Assembly (NCBI GenBank): GCA_039096225.1
Contig: JBBPEB010000023.1
Coordinates: 620,001 to 684,000 of the forward strand
Reading direction: 5' to 3'
Length of the DNA stretch: 64,000 nucleotides
Source of the DNA: Blastocystis sp. Blastoise
Taxonomy: Eukaryota; Protista; Bigyra: Opalinata
Position numbers and translations under genes: made by a program. Positions 44,263 to 64,000 of the stretch are shown one piece after another. The notes below the pieces were generated by a model, which made no database searches, was not told the DNA's origin, and worked only from the letters and a program-made list of their open reading frames with translations. The stretch's first letter is position 1, and each line of letters begins with the position of its first letter.

Positions 44263-46577
44263 ATTCAAGTATTGGGATTTGCTCCTCTTGAGTCATCTCT
44301 CTATAAAATTAGTATATATATATATATATATGATTATTATATATATATAATTATTATGATTATGGTTATACTATAATTATATAGAAATAAATCCGTCAAC
44401 ATCTTCTCCTGAAAGTAAAAACACTATATATATATATATATTCTTATAATACTTTATAGGTAATAATAATAATACTACTGCTAAAGCTAACAAAGATGAT
44501 ACTACTGTTACTACTGATAATAATAATAATAATAATGATGGATTTGATTATTTACGTTGTATTTATTACTTATTATCTATATATATATATACTTTATAAT
44601 TTATTTTCTTTATTTTTTCTATATATCCTCAATATATCTTCTTTTATCCTCTATATATATTGTATATATTATATACCTTATATAGCTGGCATTCCTTCGT
44701 TATTACTCTCCTTAGTTGATGGATACTGGGATTATGCAGAACAAATATATGCATCCGTTAAGGGGTATATATATATACATTTATCTAATAACAAAAAATA
44801 ATAATCATATATATATATAAATGAGTATTCTATAGTAAATATTTAAAATAATTATTTCATTATTAACTCTATATCATATATATATATACTCTTCTATATA
44901 TATATATATTACTGTCTTTTATTTCCTATATATATTATTCTATAATATATATATAACTATTATTCTATCTCTATAATATATATATATATATATCTATATA
45001 TAGAGATATGACGGAGGAAAATATTCATACCGCTCATCGAGAAATAATAAATAACTCAACAATCCAACTTCAAAATCTATATAGTAACTTTCCTATAAGT
45101 ATATATGTACATATTTATCTATATAACAATAAGTAAATAATTATATGTACATATTTATCTATAGAATAATAAATAATAATTATATACATATATTGATCTA
45201 TATAACAATAAATAACAATTGTAAATATTTTTAGCACGTGACTCTCCCTCAACGTATCACTTGGCGTTACTAAATGCGTTCTATTCGCACATATTATCCC
45301 TCGATGACGCATGTACATTGATGAATAACTCCTATAGTCTTCCTTCTCTTCTTGATTATATTTATCGATCTCTCTCTGTTCCTCCTTCTTTAATTAATAA
45401 ACTTCAAGGAATAGAATTATATAGAGCTCTAATAGAAGGAAGTGGAAGCGACTTATTAGTCTCTGTCGATAAGAAAATTCAGGAGGAACTGAATAAGACT
45501 GAAAACACAAATAAAGAAGATCTTCTCGAAGCTTATGCTCAAATGAATCAAATCCAAGGCATGATTCCCGCGGTAATTACATATATAATCTCATTGTATT
45601 CGTAACTGTTCTTTTCATATATATATGAATATATATTTTTGAATATATATGTTTATATATATTATATATGTTTAAATGAATAGTTCTTCTTTAGATATAT
45701 ATACTCTTTATATATATGTATATATAATTATACTTATCTCTATAGATGATATTAACCTTAATTGGTGCAGATCTATTCTCTCTTCATCTTCATTCTCCTC
45801 TATATATAGACCCTCAAGAAGGGGGGTATAACACACTGCTTTCTCAATTACAACTCTCTGTTACTCCTTTCTATTCCCCCGCGGTTATTCAACTCACGAA
45901 TAATCAACAACAATGGCAAGCACTCACCAAACAATTCAATAAACTTATTCAAGAAACTGTATGTATATATGTTTATATATAGTTATATATATGAGTGTTA
46001 TATTTATATAGAAATAACTGTTATTTATATATAGTCTTCTTATTTCTGGTCATTATCTCTTATTCAAACAGAAGAACAATATAATTATTTATTAACATTA
46101 TTTACCACCGTACAAGACGTTATAAACCGTTACAAACAGTTAGCTATCGACATGAAAGATGAAGATCTTACGTGTACTATTATTGAAGTATATATATATA
46201 TATATATTATTATTATTATTATTATATATGTTCTTATCATAATTATATATATATATATATATTATATATTCCTCACAATTATATATATATAGTTAGATAA
46301 TTTAGGTACATTATTTGAAGTTCAAGTTCAGAATTTATTATCATTCTTAAATACTATTCACCAGAATTCAGAAATTGATAAATTACATATTGAATTAGAG
46401 ACTCTCTCTAAAAATATGTTTACTACACAAACGACGGTATTTAATGAATTGAAATTATATTTAGAACAAAAACGATCGATTGAAACTCATCTAAAACAAC
46501 AGGAAAAACAACAAAATAATCAGGATTATTCACTTTCTGCATGGATACATTATTTTCTTAGTTTTATTGGATTCTAA
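42850..46577 (+). CDS. Hypothetical multi-exon protein with N-terminal targeting/TM segment and degenerate P-loop-like region
   Basis: MSKFSKTIKIVALATTTAAGIGSIY..., ALFYGDGTCGVYT; GT-AG introns; stop 46575-46577. Confidence 0.65.
43350..43520 (+). repeat. Intronic ~23-bp minisatellite (TTTATATAATTAAAATATATATC)n
   Basis: About 7 tandem copies. Confidence 0.85.
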
Positions 46578-46891
46578 ATACTATTTATAATGATATATAT
46601 ATATATGATTAATTAGTATCTATATTTTTAGATTTATTGCTTATTTATAGCTGTTCTCAAATATTTTTGAAATGTGAAATCAATTTCGTATTGTTTCTTT
46701 TTGCTCGTTCTTATTGTATAGAAGTTCTTATTGTTTGTATTATAGTTTATCAGTATATATCAATTACTTTAAAAATAACTAAAAAACAACGAAAAAGGAC
46801 AATAAAAATAGGAATCAACATATAGATACTTGACACACAATTGAAAAAATAAACAAAAAACATACAGAAAAACAAAAAATAAATATATATA

Positions 46892-47325
46892 TTATTGTTT
46901 GAGGGCGTCTCTCCATGAGAATGTTGGTGTTGTCGGCTTTGCTTTTGTTTGTTGTTCAATTTGTTGCGATAAACTTATCTTCTTTTTCTTCTTCGGTGGT
47001 TCTTTCTCTATTGGAGACTTAGAGCCAAAACGATTGTTCTTGGATGATTGAGAAAGAGCTAATATAATAATATATAATAATATATAATCTAATATAATAG
47101 TATATAATATAATAGTATATAATAGTAGATAATAATATATATACGACTCTTAGAATTCTTTCCGTTATTAAATTGGTTTTGATTTCGATTATTTTGTGTT
47201 GTTCCCCATGGTGATTTTGGTGTAGAGATAGATGAAGTAGGGGAGAGAGGAGACGTAGAAGGTATAGAAGAAGGATATTGAAGACCAGACTTTTCAAACT
47301 TTTTCTGTTCTTTCGTTTTTGGGGG

Positions 47326-47384
<59 letters not shown>

Positions 47385-48160
47385 GTTTATTATTATTATG
47401 TTTATTATTATTATTATTATTATTATTATGTTTCTTCTTATTATTATATAATGTGATATTTAGGTCATCAGGAAGAGGAGAAAGTGGAGTCGGAACAGGA
47501 GATAATCCCTTAGAAATTAACTTCGTATTTTTAACTAGAGCACGTCGGCGATCTTTTGTTATACATTTTGATGTGAATTTATGCTTACATATCGTACAAA
47601 TCTTCTCCTATACAGTATATATAAACTTATTTACTAATTATATAGATTATCAAATCACTTCATAATCATAAATAAGAAATTTTGTAAAAAAAAAGAAAAA
47701 ATTAATAAGAAAAAAAAATACCACACCATTCCAGTATTGACTTTTATGAGTATCTTTTATGTTTTTAAGAATCATGTGAGTGTCTACTGTAGGAATAACA
47801 ATTGAGAGACAGTGTGGACATGTGATTTCAGAGAGAGATGCAGGAAATGCTAGAGCAGTAAACATATTTTAAAGAGATTGAAATATTATTTAAGTGTACA
47901 TATATTGCTGAATATAATAATCATACTTATACATGCGTTGGCAGAGAGTTTCTTTGCTGTCAACCTACATGATAATGAAATGTGAATCATAATAAACAAA
48001 AAACATAAACAATAGTATTCTAATAAATATACAAGAACCAATGTGATAAATTCTCATTAATGCTGTAGTACATTTCGGCATTCTTCAGTAGAAGTTCAAC
48101 TCTAGCCTTGATTCTCTCTTGATGTGCTGTTAATTTTGGTATTTTATCCGTAGATGGCAT
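46892..48160 (-). CDS. RPP21: RNase P/MRP Rpr2/Rpp21/Snm1 zinc-binding protein with poly-Asn and Ser/Lys-rich tail
   Basis: Spliced RVELLLKNA..., ITCPHCLSIVIP...KICTICKH (two CxxC motifs); the 47336-47430 repeat is in frame as poly-N. Confidence 0.65.
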
Positions 48161-48911
48161 AATGATGTGAAATAAAAAATAATTTCTGAATTTTATGGAT
48201 AAAACTAAGTGTCAGATACTCCTTTTTAGTAAAAAACAAAGAATTATATTAAAAATGGGCTATCAGTGACCCAAAATAATTACAGAAGTTTTCATTGTTC
48301 TTTTAAATAGTTATACAAATTTAATTATGATTATTGATATTAAAACAGCTATATAACTAGTTTAAGTGTCTTTTTAGTATGCTTTAATATGAATTATCCC
48401 ATTTAGAAATGTGTGTGATATCTAATAAAAACGATTAAAACTATTTCAAAACATTGTCACACATATCAAACGGAGATTAGTCTGAATTATGTCTGTATTA
48501 CAATATAAGATTTAGAATCACCTCTTTATTTGTCTTATAAAAAGCAATGAAGAACTCGTAAATATCGACTTTAATATTTCAGAAACTTTTTAACATCAAA
48601 AGCTAGATGATATGTATAATAAAAAAGATCATTAAAAATCAAAACTTCAAAGAATTGCCTATTATGATTACACCTTATATGAATTCATTTCTTTATGTTG
48701 TTTATATGTTCATTTATAGTTATAAACATTGAAACCCATTCTACAGATGAAAAAAGAATATTTTTTAACAATTCTTTTTTTCCGCTGTTTTTTGGGGATA
48801 ATCATGATTTTCGTGATTTATCACACATTCAGAAAAGCTGTCATTTCTGTACTTTTTTTGAGAAAACCAGAATATATATAATTTCTTTATTCTGTAGCTG
48901 AAGTGACAAAA

Positions 48912-50052
48912 ATGAGATCAAGAATAATTATTCCTTTCACTTGCATTATCATAGTTTTATATTTCTCTTTAATTCCAATGATAACAAAAATGGCTGTAAA
49001 TACAAATAATGCATACAAGAAGCCTGAAAAGAAGATATTAGCTTATCAAAGACCTTCTTTTGTTCCTATGTCTTTACAAGAAAGAGATGATCTTTACAAA
49101 CAAAAGATTGCTAAGGGTACTGCTGTTGAGATGTCTTATAATGATGATTTTAAGAAGGAAGATAGTGAACCTGAAACAATTGCTTTAACTGAAGGTCAAG
49201 CTGAAGCTTTAAAGAAAGATGAAGCTGATGCCAAGAGTATTACTCAACAATTAGCATCAGATCGTATTGAATCAACTCCTGATTCCACAATTCCTGAAGA
49301 AGTCAAACAAGAAGTTCTTGGTGATTCCACAGGTATGCTTTATTATACTTATTATACTTATTATTATATATATATAATATTTTCATATATGTATTTTAAG
49401 CAAATATATTCCTTATTCTGTGTATAATAGTGTTTATGAATAATAATATTTTTAAAAAAAATATACTTATATGTCTGATTATTCTATAAATAAATAAATA
49501 TCTTATATTATGTTTAGCTGAAGTCCTTGATAAAATAAAATCCAAAGCGTCTCGTTTAGTTGTGAATGCAGTTCGTACAACAGAACGTCTTGCTTCTCAA
49601 GTTCCTGAAGATTTCAAGAAGGTTCAGAAGAGTCTGAACGTTGCTGAAGAACCTCAAGTAGTAGCTCCTGTTCCTGAAGATGTTCCTGTGACCAAGGCTG
49701 AAGCTGAAACGGTTAGTGCTACTACTACTTCGGAAACTGCTATAACTGAGAGTAATTCTAATACTAATGATAATAATAATAATAATAATAATGATCGTGC
49801 TATTGTTACTGATGCTACTGAAACAAACACTGAAACCACTTCTTCTTCTTCTACTACTACTACTTCTGAAGAGAGTTCTCCCGCGGGAAACAACGATTCT
49901 TTTGATGAAGATGAAGTAGACCAAGATATCGAACATTTCCTTAGAGGAGGAGAGGAAGATGCTCCTGAAGTATTAAATAGAAAATATCAAAATAAAAATA
50001 AAAATATTCATAATTTTGATTATTATAGTCGTTTTGAAGATAGACGTATATA

Positions 50053-50116
<64 letters not shown>

Positions 50117-51155
50117 TATTTATTTATTTCTGTATTTTTTTTATTTCCCTTTTATTTATGTATTTTTCTTTTATTTGTTATTTATCTATTAATTAATTAT
50201 AAATAAATTATAAATAAATATATAATATATAATACATAACTATATACTATTCTTTCTAGGTTTCTTTGAGATTGATCGTGAGATATATAACGTTCCTGAA
50301 TATGTGTCGACAACAAACCTTCCTCGTATGAAATTAGATGCTGGTGAATTCTTAGCTATTACGAGTGCAGATGATAATTCTATTGATTATGCTGTGAATC
50401 TGATTTATTCCATTGCTGATTATAATATTAATGTACCTGTCTTATTTATTGATTTTGGTTTATCAAGATCTAATTTACAAAAGTTATGGAAATGTTTTGA
50501 TTTTATTCATAATCATCGTGAATATCAGAAGTATGTATTATTTTATTATAAAAAAGTCAATTGGTATCGTTTTATTCTTCATTCCCGTCATGATTATTAT
50601 GTTACGAAAACTGCTGTACGATCTGTTGTATTAGTTGATTCTCTTCAAGAAGTGAAATCACGTTGTATTTGGTTTGACCCTAATTCCGAGATCTTAGATC
50701 ATTTCGATAAGATTACCGATGCTTTAGAACAATATGGATTCGTTAGTCCTCTTTTTGGGTCTACTCTTTCTGCTTATATACGACCTGAAACACTTGATGA
50801 ATTAGATGCTGAAGTCGATTTCTCATTACTACAGAAACCTCTTTGTTCCGCGGGAATCTATGGATTTGATTATAATAATCATGATGTATATACGAAAATA
50901 GCTTCTACTTTAAGACATTGTGCTTATGGTATTCAATGTTATAACCCTGCTAATTCTACACATCTTAATAATAGATATGATGAAAGTATTATTACTTATC
51001 TTGCTTATAAACATCAAGTACCTTTAGCATGCTCTAATTTTGGTGATGATGTATATCAAACGAATTTATTCTTCAAAGAAGGAGACAATTCACTTCTAAA
51101 ATCCGTTAAAACACATAGAAGAAGTATTGCTAAGAAATATAATTTAAATATATAA
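48912..51155 (+). CDS. Type II membrane glycosyltransferase-like protein (DUF1647-like)
   Basis: N-terminal TM anchor, long acidic/Thr-rich stem and C-terminal domain AITSADDN..LIYSI..FIDFGLS..IWFDP..C..G..C..P..NRYDESI. Confidence 0.65.
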
Positions 51156-51740
51156 TTATTCTTAATAAAGAAATAACTATATATACATATATATACATTC
51201 TTTAAGTGTTTTTCCCCTTTGTTATCAATTTTTTTTTTGATTCATTTATTTTGTCTATTATTATATATATATATATTTATTAAATTCGTTTTAATAAAAT
51301 TTATCATTATTACATATCTTATTATTTATTTTTATTTTATTATATTGGTTTAATTAATCGATAACTCTTTTCCTATACAAGAAATATATATATATATTTT
51401 TATTATTTAATCATAAAAATTATATATATTGAATATATTATATTTATTTTGTTTTCTTCATCTTGAGACATGAAAATCAATTCCATATCTAAGAGTGAAT
51501 ATTCAAAGTATATCATTGACAAAACATTTACGTTTCAGTTTAACATCCTTGATTTGATTATTAGTTAGCTCTTCATTGATCTATAAGACAAATCCACTCT
51601 TTTATTTGAAATGTATTTTCTTGTATCAAAGTGAATAAATCAAAAAATTTAAACACAATTTTTTTTTTAATTAATTTTTATCGTTTATAAACAAATTTTC
51701 ACACAGAAACACAAAGGATATATTGAATATTTGAAAAAGG

Positions 51741-55098
<3,358 letters not shown>

Positions 55099-55277
55099 TT
55101 CATTAAAAAAATATTTTCTATTTTATATTAATTCCTCTTTTATTCTTTCTTTTTCTTTTTAAACAATATTTTCTTTTCTATTTTCTTGCGCTTCAATGTC
55201 ATCATATATAATTTTTTTTTTGTCTTTGACTATGATAAGAATTGTTTTTGTTTGTTTTATTTTTTTTCTATTTTTCT

Positions 55278-56632
55278 ATGACTTCTCAAATTGACTCAAT
55301 TCTAAATTCCTTTTCCGTAATGAACTTTACTTAGCACATAAACCTATTGTAGAATATCACTGAAAATGAATATTTGCCTCCATTGAAACATACTCCTGTA
55401 AGCTTTTATTACTTCTGAATAGATATATCGTGAATAATTAAATTCTACGATGTCATCATTCTATATATAGGTAGTTCAACCATGTCAATGTCAAAATGAT
55501 TGTCATGAAGGTTGTTCTTGTTGTGAACTTTCTGGTGATTCTTTCTCAGGACCGTATAAATATACTATAAAAAATAGAATTCTATAATAAATAGAGCTTA
55601 TAATGATAATCACCGACTTTATATGTGTGAAACAAATTCAACGATTCAAGAATTATTAGAAAACCGCATGATATTTGAATGCTCTGATGAATGTACATGT
55701 AATAAATCCTGTTGTCGAAACTTTGTGACAAGTCAATCAGAAACAAATCAGTCTCTTGTTCAGGTACTTATATGAAGAATAGTATTTTGAATTAACTAAA
55801 TGTATTTAGTTACATTTTTTTGGTAAGAAAGGTTGGGGGTTAATCAGTACACAAAAGATACAAAAAGGAACATATATTGGTGAATATATTGGTATAATTT
55901 TTTGATTTTTTTTGTAGAATGTAATTATTATTTAGGAGAAGTATTAGGAAATCAATATATAGTGCAACGAGAAGAAGAAACAGAACAATATAAAAATACT
56001 TATTTATTTGAATTTATAGAGAATTATAATAATATTAATATTCATTATATTATTGATGCAAGACATAAAGGAAATATATATCGATTTCTTAATCATTCCT
56101 GTGATCCGAATCTCACCATACGAATTGTATATATATAAAGAAGTTTATATTTATTATTTATATAGTTTATTTATTTATTGTTTTTTGTTATTTAAATATA
56201 AGTATATATAATATATAAAGGATATATATAATAGTCTTTTTTTTAAATGATTATTCAGTTGTTATTTGATTATATATATATATAGATAAGACGAGGTACT
56301 TATTTGCCGCATATTTGTTTTTTTGCACAGAGATATATAGAAGAAGGAGAAGAATTATGTTTTCATTATAATCCTTCTAGTCTCAGTGTAAATACAGATG
56401 TACGAAATATTCATGGGAATTATGAAGATAATGAAGATGATAATAAAGAGAATAATGAAGATGATAATGAAGATGATAATAAAGATGATAATAAAGATAA
56501 TAATAAAAATAATAATAAAGATAATAATAAAGATAATAATAACGAGAATCATAAGGAGAATCAATATAACACTCCTTGTCTTTGTGGTAGTGTGAATTGT
56601 TGTGGTTATTTGCCTTCAACAATACATAATTA

Positions 56633-56633
<1 letters not shown>
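55278..56633 (+). CDS. SUV39/SETMAR-type histone lysine methyltransferase (pre-SET, SET, post-SET)
   Basis: CQCQNDC..CSC, IFECSDECTC, KGWGL, GEYIGEV, IDARHKGNIYRFLNHSCDPNL, GEELCFHY, CLCGSVNCCGYL. Confidence 0.9.
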
Positions 56634-56666
<33 letters not shown>

Positions 56667-56879
56667 CAAAAAATTTCTAATGAGTTGTTTTGTTAGCCTT
56701 CAATTAAATATAATTATATTTATAATAATCATAAAAGACTATAATATATATAAACAAAACAAAAATTAATGTGAAGAAAGAATGAAAAAAAGTGTAAAAA
56801 AAGATGAAAAATTAAAAAAGTCTAATATATTAATAATAAGAATAATACTTAAAAAAGAAGAATATATATATATATATAA

Positions 56880-59800
56880 TTAAACAAGTGAAGAATGTTT
56901 TTTAATATATCGTTGATAGAATTGATTATAGTTAATTTGAGTGAATAACATTGTTTTAATATCTTGAAATGACGATGTATCTGAATAATTATATAAATAT
57001 TGACATAATAACTGAACAGATTCCATGAGTTTCTTTTCAGAGCTATTCAGATGTTTCTGAATATCATTTAAAGATCCTGAAGATGAAACATTATTATTCA
57101 TATTGATATCAATATCAATCGAATCTTGTTCGGATATCGTATCTTGTGGAACACTATTATCTGTAGATAAAGATAATTCAGTTTTTAATTGTTCATAATA
57201 ATCTAATATACACTGATAATAATTCATAAATATATTCTCACCATAACTATGTTTCTATATATAATAATATTATAACATATAACATATATATATATATATA
57301 CACCATGTTCTAAGAAACAAACATCTATAACGTAATGAATAAAAACTTGATGACATTTATTATACTATATATATATATGAATATATATATATTTATATAT
57401 ATACTTCATATATATTTTGAATATTTTTTGTTTCTTCATTAAATTCAGATATACTTGTGTTTATTACCTATATATAATATAATATAATATAATATAATAT
57501 AATATAATATAATATTTCTATATATATACTAATTGTAGATATTCATTAATACAGAATAATAAACCGAGAATAATATTATTAATAGAATAAACATAAGATT
57601 TGATCTCTCTATATATATACAATAATTAATTAAAATAACCATGAATATACTTATGATCTTGAAGGTATGTTTGGAGGTCTTTTTGAATATTAACAATAGA
57701 AGAGAATGTATACATAAACTATATATATATATATATATATATCAATAGTACTAATAATATTAACTATATATAAATATATATAAATATATATATACTTTAA
57801 GTAGATAAATGAAGATAGAGGAATAATCGTTAAGAATATCTTGAGGAAGAGAGAGGGACAGGATTGGAGGGATTGTGTAACGGAAAGATATGGTATCGAA
57901 TATTCCAAGAGAAGACGTGGGTAGCGAACAGGGATTGTGTTCCAAACGAATGCTCTAAATAATAAATATATTATATATAAAGAAAACTTAAATAATAATA
58001 ATTATAATATATATATATATACTTTGATTGTGGGTATATTAAGATTATTGGAAGCAGTATTAAAGAGACATAATTCTAAGGGAATATTGATTGACTCTAA
58101 TGTATATTGCTTTATATATTCATATATATACTCTGGCAAACCAGATAATACTTGACTCTATATATATATATTATTATAGTGATATTTCTATATATATATA
58201 CTTGTTGATAAAGAAATATAGAATGAAGTGTATATATATGATCTTTAAGAATAAATAACGACTTTTGTATATCTAAAACATTCTTTTGAATAAAATCTAA
58301 CTATATATATAGTATATATATAGTATATATATAGTATATATTACTTGGTTTGTAATAGTATTTATAACTGTATTTTCTAAAAGATGATTTATCGGACAAC
58401 TAATACTATCAACTATATAATAATAATAATAATAATAATAAAAATAATAATATGAATAATAATAATAATAATAGTTATATATACTTTGTACCCAGCAAGG
58501 TTCTTTAATTGATGAAGAATCTGAATCATTATTATCTTCAGATTCCCACGGGAATTTATCATCAATATCCCCGTGGAGATCGATATGTAAATCAGAAGGA
58601 GGCAAACAACATGATAATATATTATTATTATTATTATTATTATCCTTATTATTATCTTTTGGAGAAACTACTGAATTATCATTTTCAACAAGGATTTCAT
58701 TATCATGAATATGAATAATTTTTTTCGCGGGGAAAAGTGATAAAAAGGAGGGAATAGTTGAAGGTGTAGTAGCTGTAGTTTTTATATATGTATATAATGA
58801 TTGTATATATATAGAGTCTAATTGATGATGTGATATGTTATGATATAAAGAGATAACAGTGGACATTAATAGTTGTGTATTCATTAATTCATGTTGAATA
58901 GTATTATAGAGAGAATGCTGATTCATTGTAGTTTGATAGAGAAGAGGAAGGAAGGGAGTGAATGGAGGAAGAGAAGATGCCGAGGAGGAGGCGAGAGAAC
59001 CCGCGGGAATGGAGGATGAATCGTCGAAGAGACTAGCAGAGGTATCGTAGAGTGTAGATTCAAGGCATGATAATATATGTATTGTTTGATCTATCTATAT
59101 AGAATATATATATATATAGAATAATTAACATTATAATATTTTTAATAAATAAAAAAATAGTTTATAATAAACTAAATAATAATTAAAATATAACAATATT
59201 TAATAAAATAATATAAATAATAATATAAATAATAATATAAATAATAATATAAATAATAATATAAATAATAATATAAATAATAATATAAATAATAATATAC
59301 ATAATCAATTTGAGGATATAAGAATTGAGGTATAAAATCATAACGTTGGCTTTTATTCTTAACTAAAAGAAGAGAAAACAAGGGATAATCGTGGTTATGA
59401 AGATGTGTAAGACTTGTATTAAATAATTTTAAATAAATGAATATAGCAGATAAAAACGTTTGAAGGATTATTTGATAGTAAGAAGGAATAAAATAATTTG
59501 TATGAAGAGAAGGTGATGTAGGAAGAGAAGAAAGAATAGTATATAAATAATTTAATATAGATATTGTTTGATGTAACGAGTCAGGTAAACTTGATGTTTG
59601 AAGGAGAGTCTTTATAAATTCATCGAGATCATGTTGAAGATACACGATATGGTTGATATATAACGAGTAATTTACATAATTAGAGTTACTTACAGGAATT
59701 GATTGAAGAATTAATGAGAGGATCTCTCGAAGAGTATGAAATACGTTCTGTAATACGGGAGAATACAATGTTTTATGATGAGAAGGATCTAATAGAGAAA

Positions 59801-60116
59801 TGTATTGATGAAATAAGTTTGTATAGTAATGAAGATGATCGTCAATATTCAGTAATGTGTTTTGATTTAATCCACGAGATACAGGAAGATAATCTGGATC
59901 TTGAATTCCAAATCTGATTGCTAATAGATAGGATAAACATTTATCTTCATCGCTCTGACGTTTGTTTTGTTTTCCACTTGTGTTTCCTGCAAGATATCTG
60001 GAAAAAGAGTGATATGGAGAAGAAGTAGACGAACTTTCACTGTGTAATGAAGATTCATTTATTTCAATGTCGTCAATATTCTTGAAGGACGACAGAAAAT
60101 GCTCACAATTATTCAT
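56880..60116 (-). CDS. Hypothetical multi-exon protein
   Basis: Long open exons (60116-59299 and others) joined by GT-AG introns; stop at 56880; no recognisable motif. Confidence 0.7.
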
Positions 60117-60984
60117 GAAACCTATCAAAGTTATCAAGAATTTAAATTAAAAATTAAAAAAAAAACACTTTTACTGAAAAAGTGTTGAAACCTTCTGAAA
60201 TTCCAAAATTTTTTTTTCGTCAGTATTTTGTTCAATAGTTATTCTAAACTTGTTTGAATACACTCTAAATGACATTTAAGGCACAAATTGATATAGAAAT
60301 ATGCATTTTAAAGTTTTCTTTTTCTTTTTCGAGATTTTCTCTTTTTTCGATTCTAAAACGATTTGAGAATAATGAATTTTATATTCAAATGAATTTTAAG
60401 ATACTATGAAATCAATATGCATTTAAAAGAAATACTTTTACTACATAATTGATATTTTTTTAACACATTAAAACTTATTCTTTAATGTAATATAATAAAG
60501 AATGTTATTTGAAAATAAACAATTAAACTATTAATGATAAATAAAATAGAAATAAGTGCTTAATTTTGAGTGAAACATAGAAAAATGAGTGTTTTACTTC
60601 ATTAGAGTCGTTTCAATCAGTATAATCCCTCAAGCATTGAAAATCATGAATATTCATAACAAATATATCAATAAATAAATATAAAATAAGAAATATGAAT
60701 GAAGATAAGAGAATGAAGAATAAAAAGGGATCAAAAGAGAAACCATCGGAATGAAAAAAGGAGATCATTGGATTTTAAATACATAATAAATATAAATAAA
60801 GACGTCATTTTATGAGGATTCCTATGAAAATGATAATAAATCATTTGCTAAAAGGAATTCTCGATTTAAATGAAAGGGAATGACGCAAAGAGTTATTTAT
60901 TGGTTTATTTGTCATGAGTATTTTTTAAAATCATTCATTTATCAATATTATTCATTTAAAAAAAAAGGATAATCTTAATAAGAA

Positions 60985-63198
<2,214 letters not shown>

Positions 63199-63783
63199 TT
63201 TATTTATCATTTCATTTCTTTCACGATATACTCTAATTTATTCTTTCTTTCTTTTTTATATTATTCAAGTATTTGTAACTGATTTCCATTGTAAACCACA
63301 CTACTTAATTTGATTTAATTTATTCTATTCCACAACAATTTTCATTGTTTTGGTTGTGATACACAGAATCTCAGCTATTTACATGCAATTAATCGATATG
63401 ATATATAATACAAGTCTCTAACATGCTACATAAAAGGAATACATTATGATTACGTGAAAATTGAATTTTTATTCATTAATCAACGGTTTTTAATGTTTAG
63501 TACTACTTATTAAATCATGGAAATAAGTATTAACATAAAGATTATGTAGAAATAAACTAACGATAACGAAAAATCATGAGAAATAAACGATTTGAAAATG
63601 ATAAGAGTAAAAGTAAAATTTTTAATTGTGGCTAACTTTACCATTATCAGGTATAAGAAGCATTCACATTTAAAAATATATAATAGTATACGTAAAGTAT
63701 TCAAATCCGTATCTTGTCTTCTTTAAGAATTAATAATGTAAGTTTTTGATTTATGTTTCATCGAATAAATGATGATTTTATCA

Positions 63784-64000
63784 ATGAATATGTTTAGGTC
63801 ATCTCGAATGATCATCTCCGATATTTCTCATGGAGAAGAAGCCATCCCAATTCCAGCATTTAACGATATCGATGATGAGCCACCATTTCCTTTTCATTAT
63901 ATAGCCACTCCATGGCTTTCTGAAAGCATTAACATTAGTGAAAATCCTGCATTTCTTCAAGGTTGTGATTGTATGGGTGGAAATTGTTCTGAAAATTGTT
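63784..64000 (+). CDS. Partial SUV39/EHMT/SETDB-type methyltransferase (pre-SET start), runs off the window; 5' end uncertain
   Basis: DISHGEEAIPIPAFNDIDDEPPFPFHYI...GCDCMGGNCSENC. Confidence 0.8.
   Translation, partial: MNMFRSSRMIISDISHGEEAIPIPAFNDIDDEPPFPFHYIATPWLSESINISENPAFLQGCDCMGGNCSENC

Overview
Very AT-rich, gene-dense, intron-rich eukaryotic nuclear DNA. It is probably from a Blastocystis-like stramenopile, inferred from a BTB-LRR protein, a DUF1647-like protein, ~30-40 nt minimal introns and GU-rich 3' motifs. I reconstructed about 20 spliced genes by hand: a PH + inositol 5-phosphatase + cNMP-like + Pro-rich protein, BTB-LRR, PDIA6, THADA/TRM732, U11/U12-59K (PDCD7), a TB2/DP1-like protein, SDS22, PIG-V, a CBP/p300-type HAT, a PZP finger protein, FCF1, RPP21, DUF1647-like, ADA3-like, two SUV39-type SET genes, an MFS transporter and several hypotheticals. 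Most entries in the ORF track are artefacts of intronic microsatellites. The most notable observations are: (1) a GC-rich palindrome (TT)CCCGCGGG(AA) and its CRCGGG half-sites, strongly over-represented inside exons in different reading frames; (2) introns with self-complementary (TA)n ends, including introns that are purely G(TA)nG; (3) three U12-type introns (two AT-AC, one GT-AG) near a minor-spliceosome gene; (4) a 1034-bp TIR element whose TIRs are arrays of the same CCCGTGA motif found 120-145 bp upstream of several genes; (5) an unusual 5-phosphatase/cNMP-domain fusion. Exon boundaries were read by eye and no searches were run.
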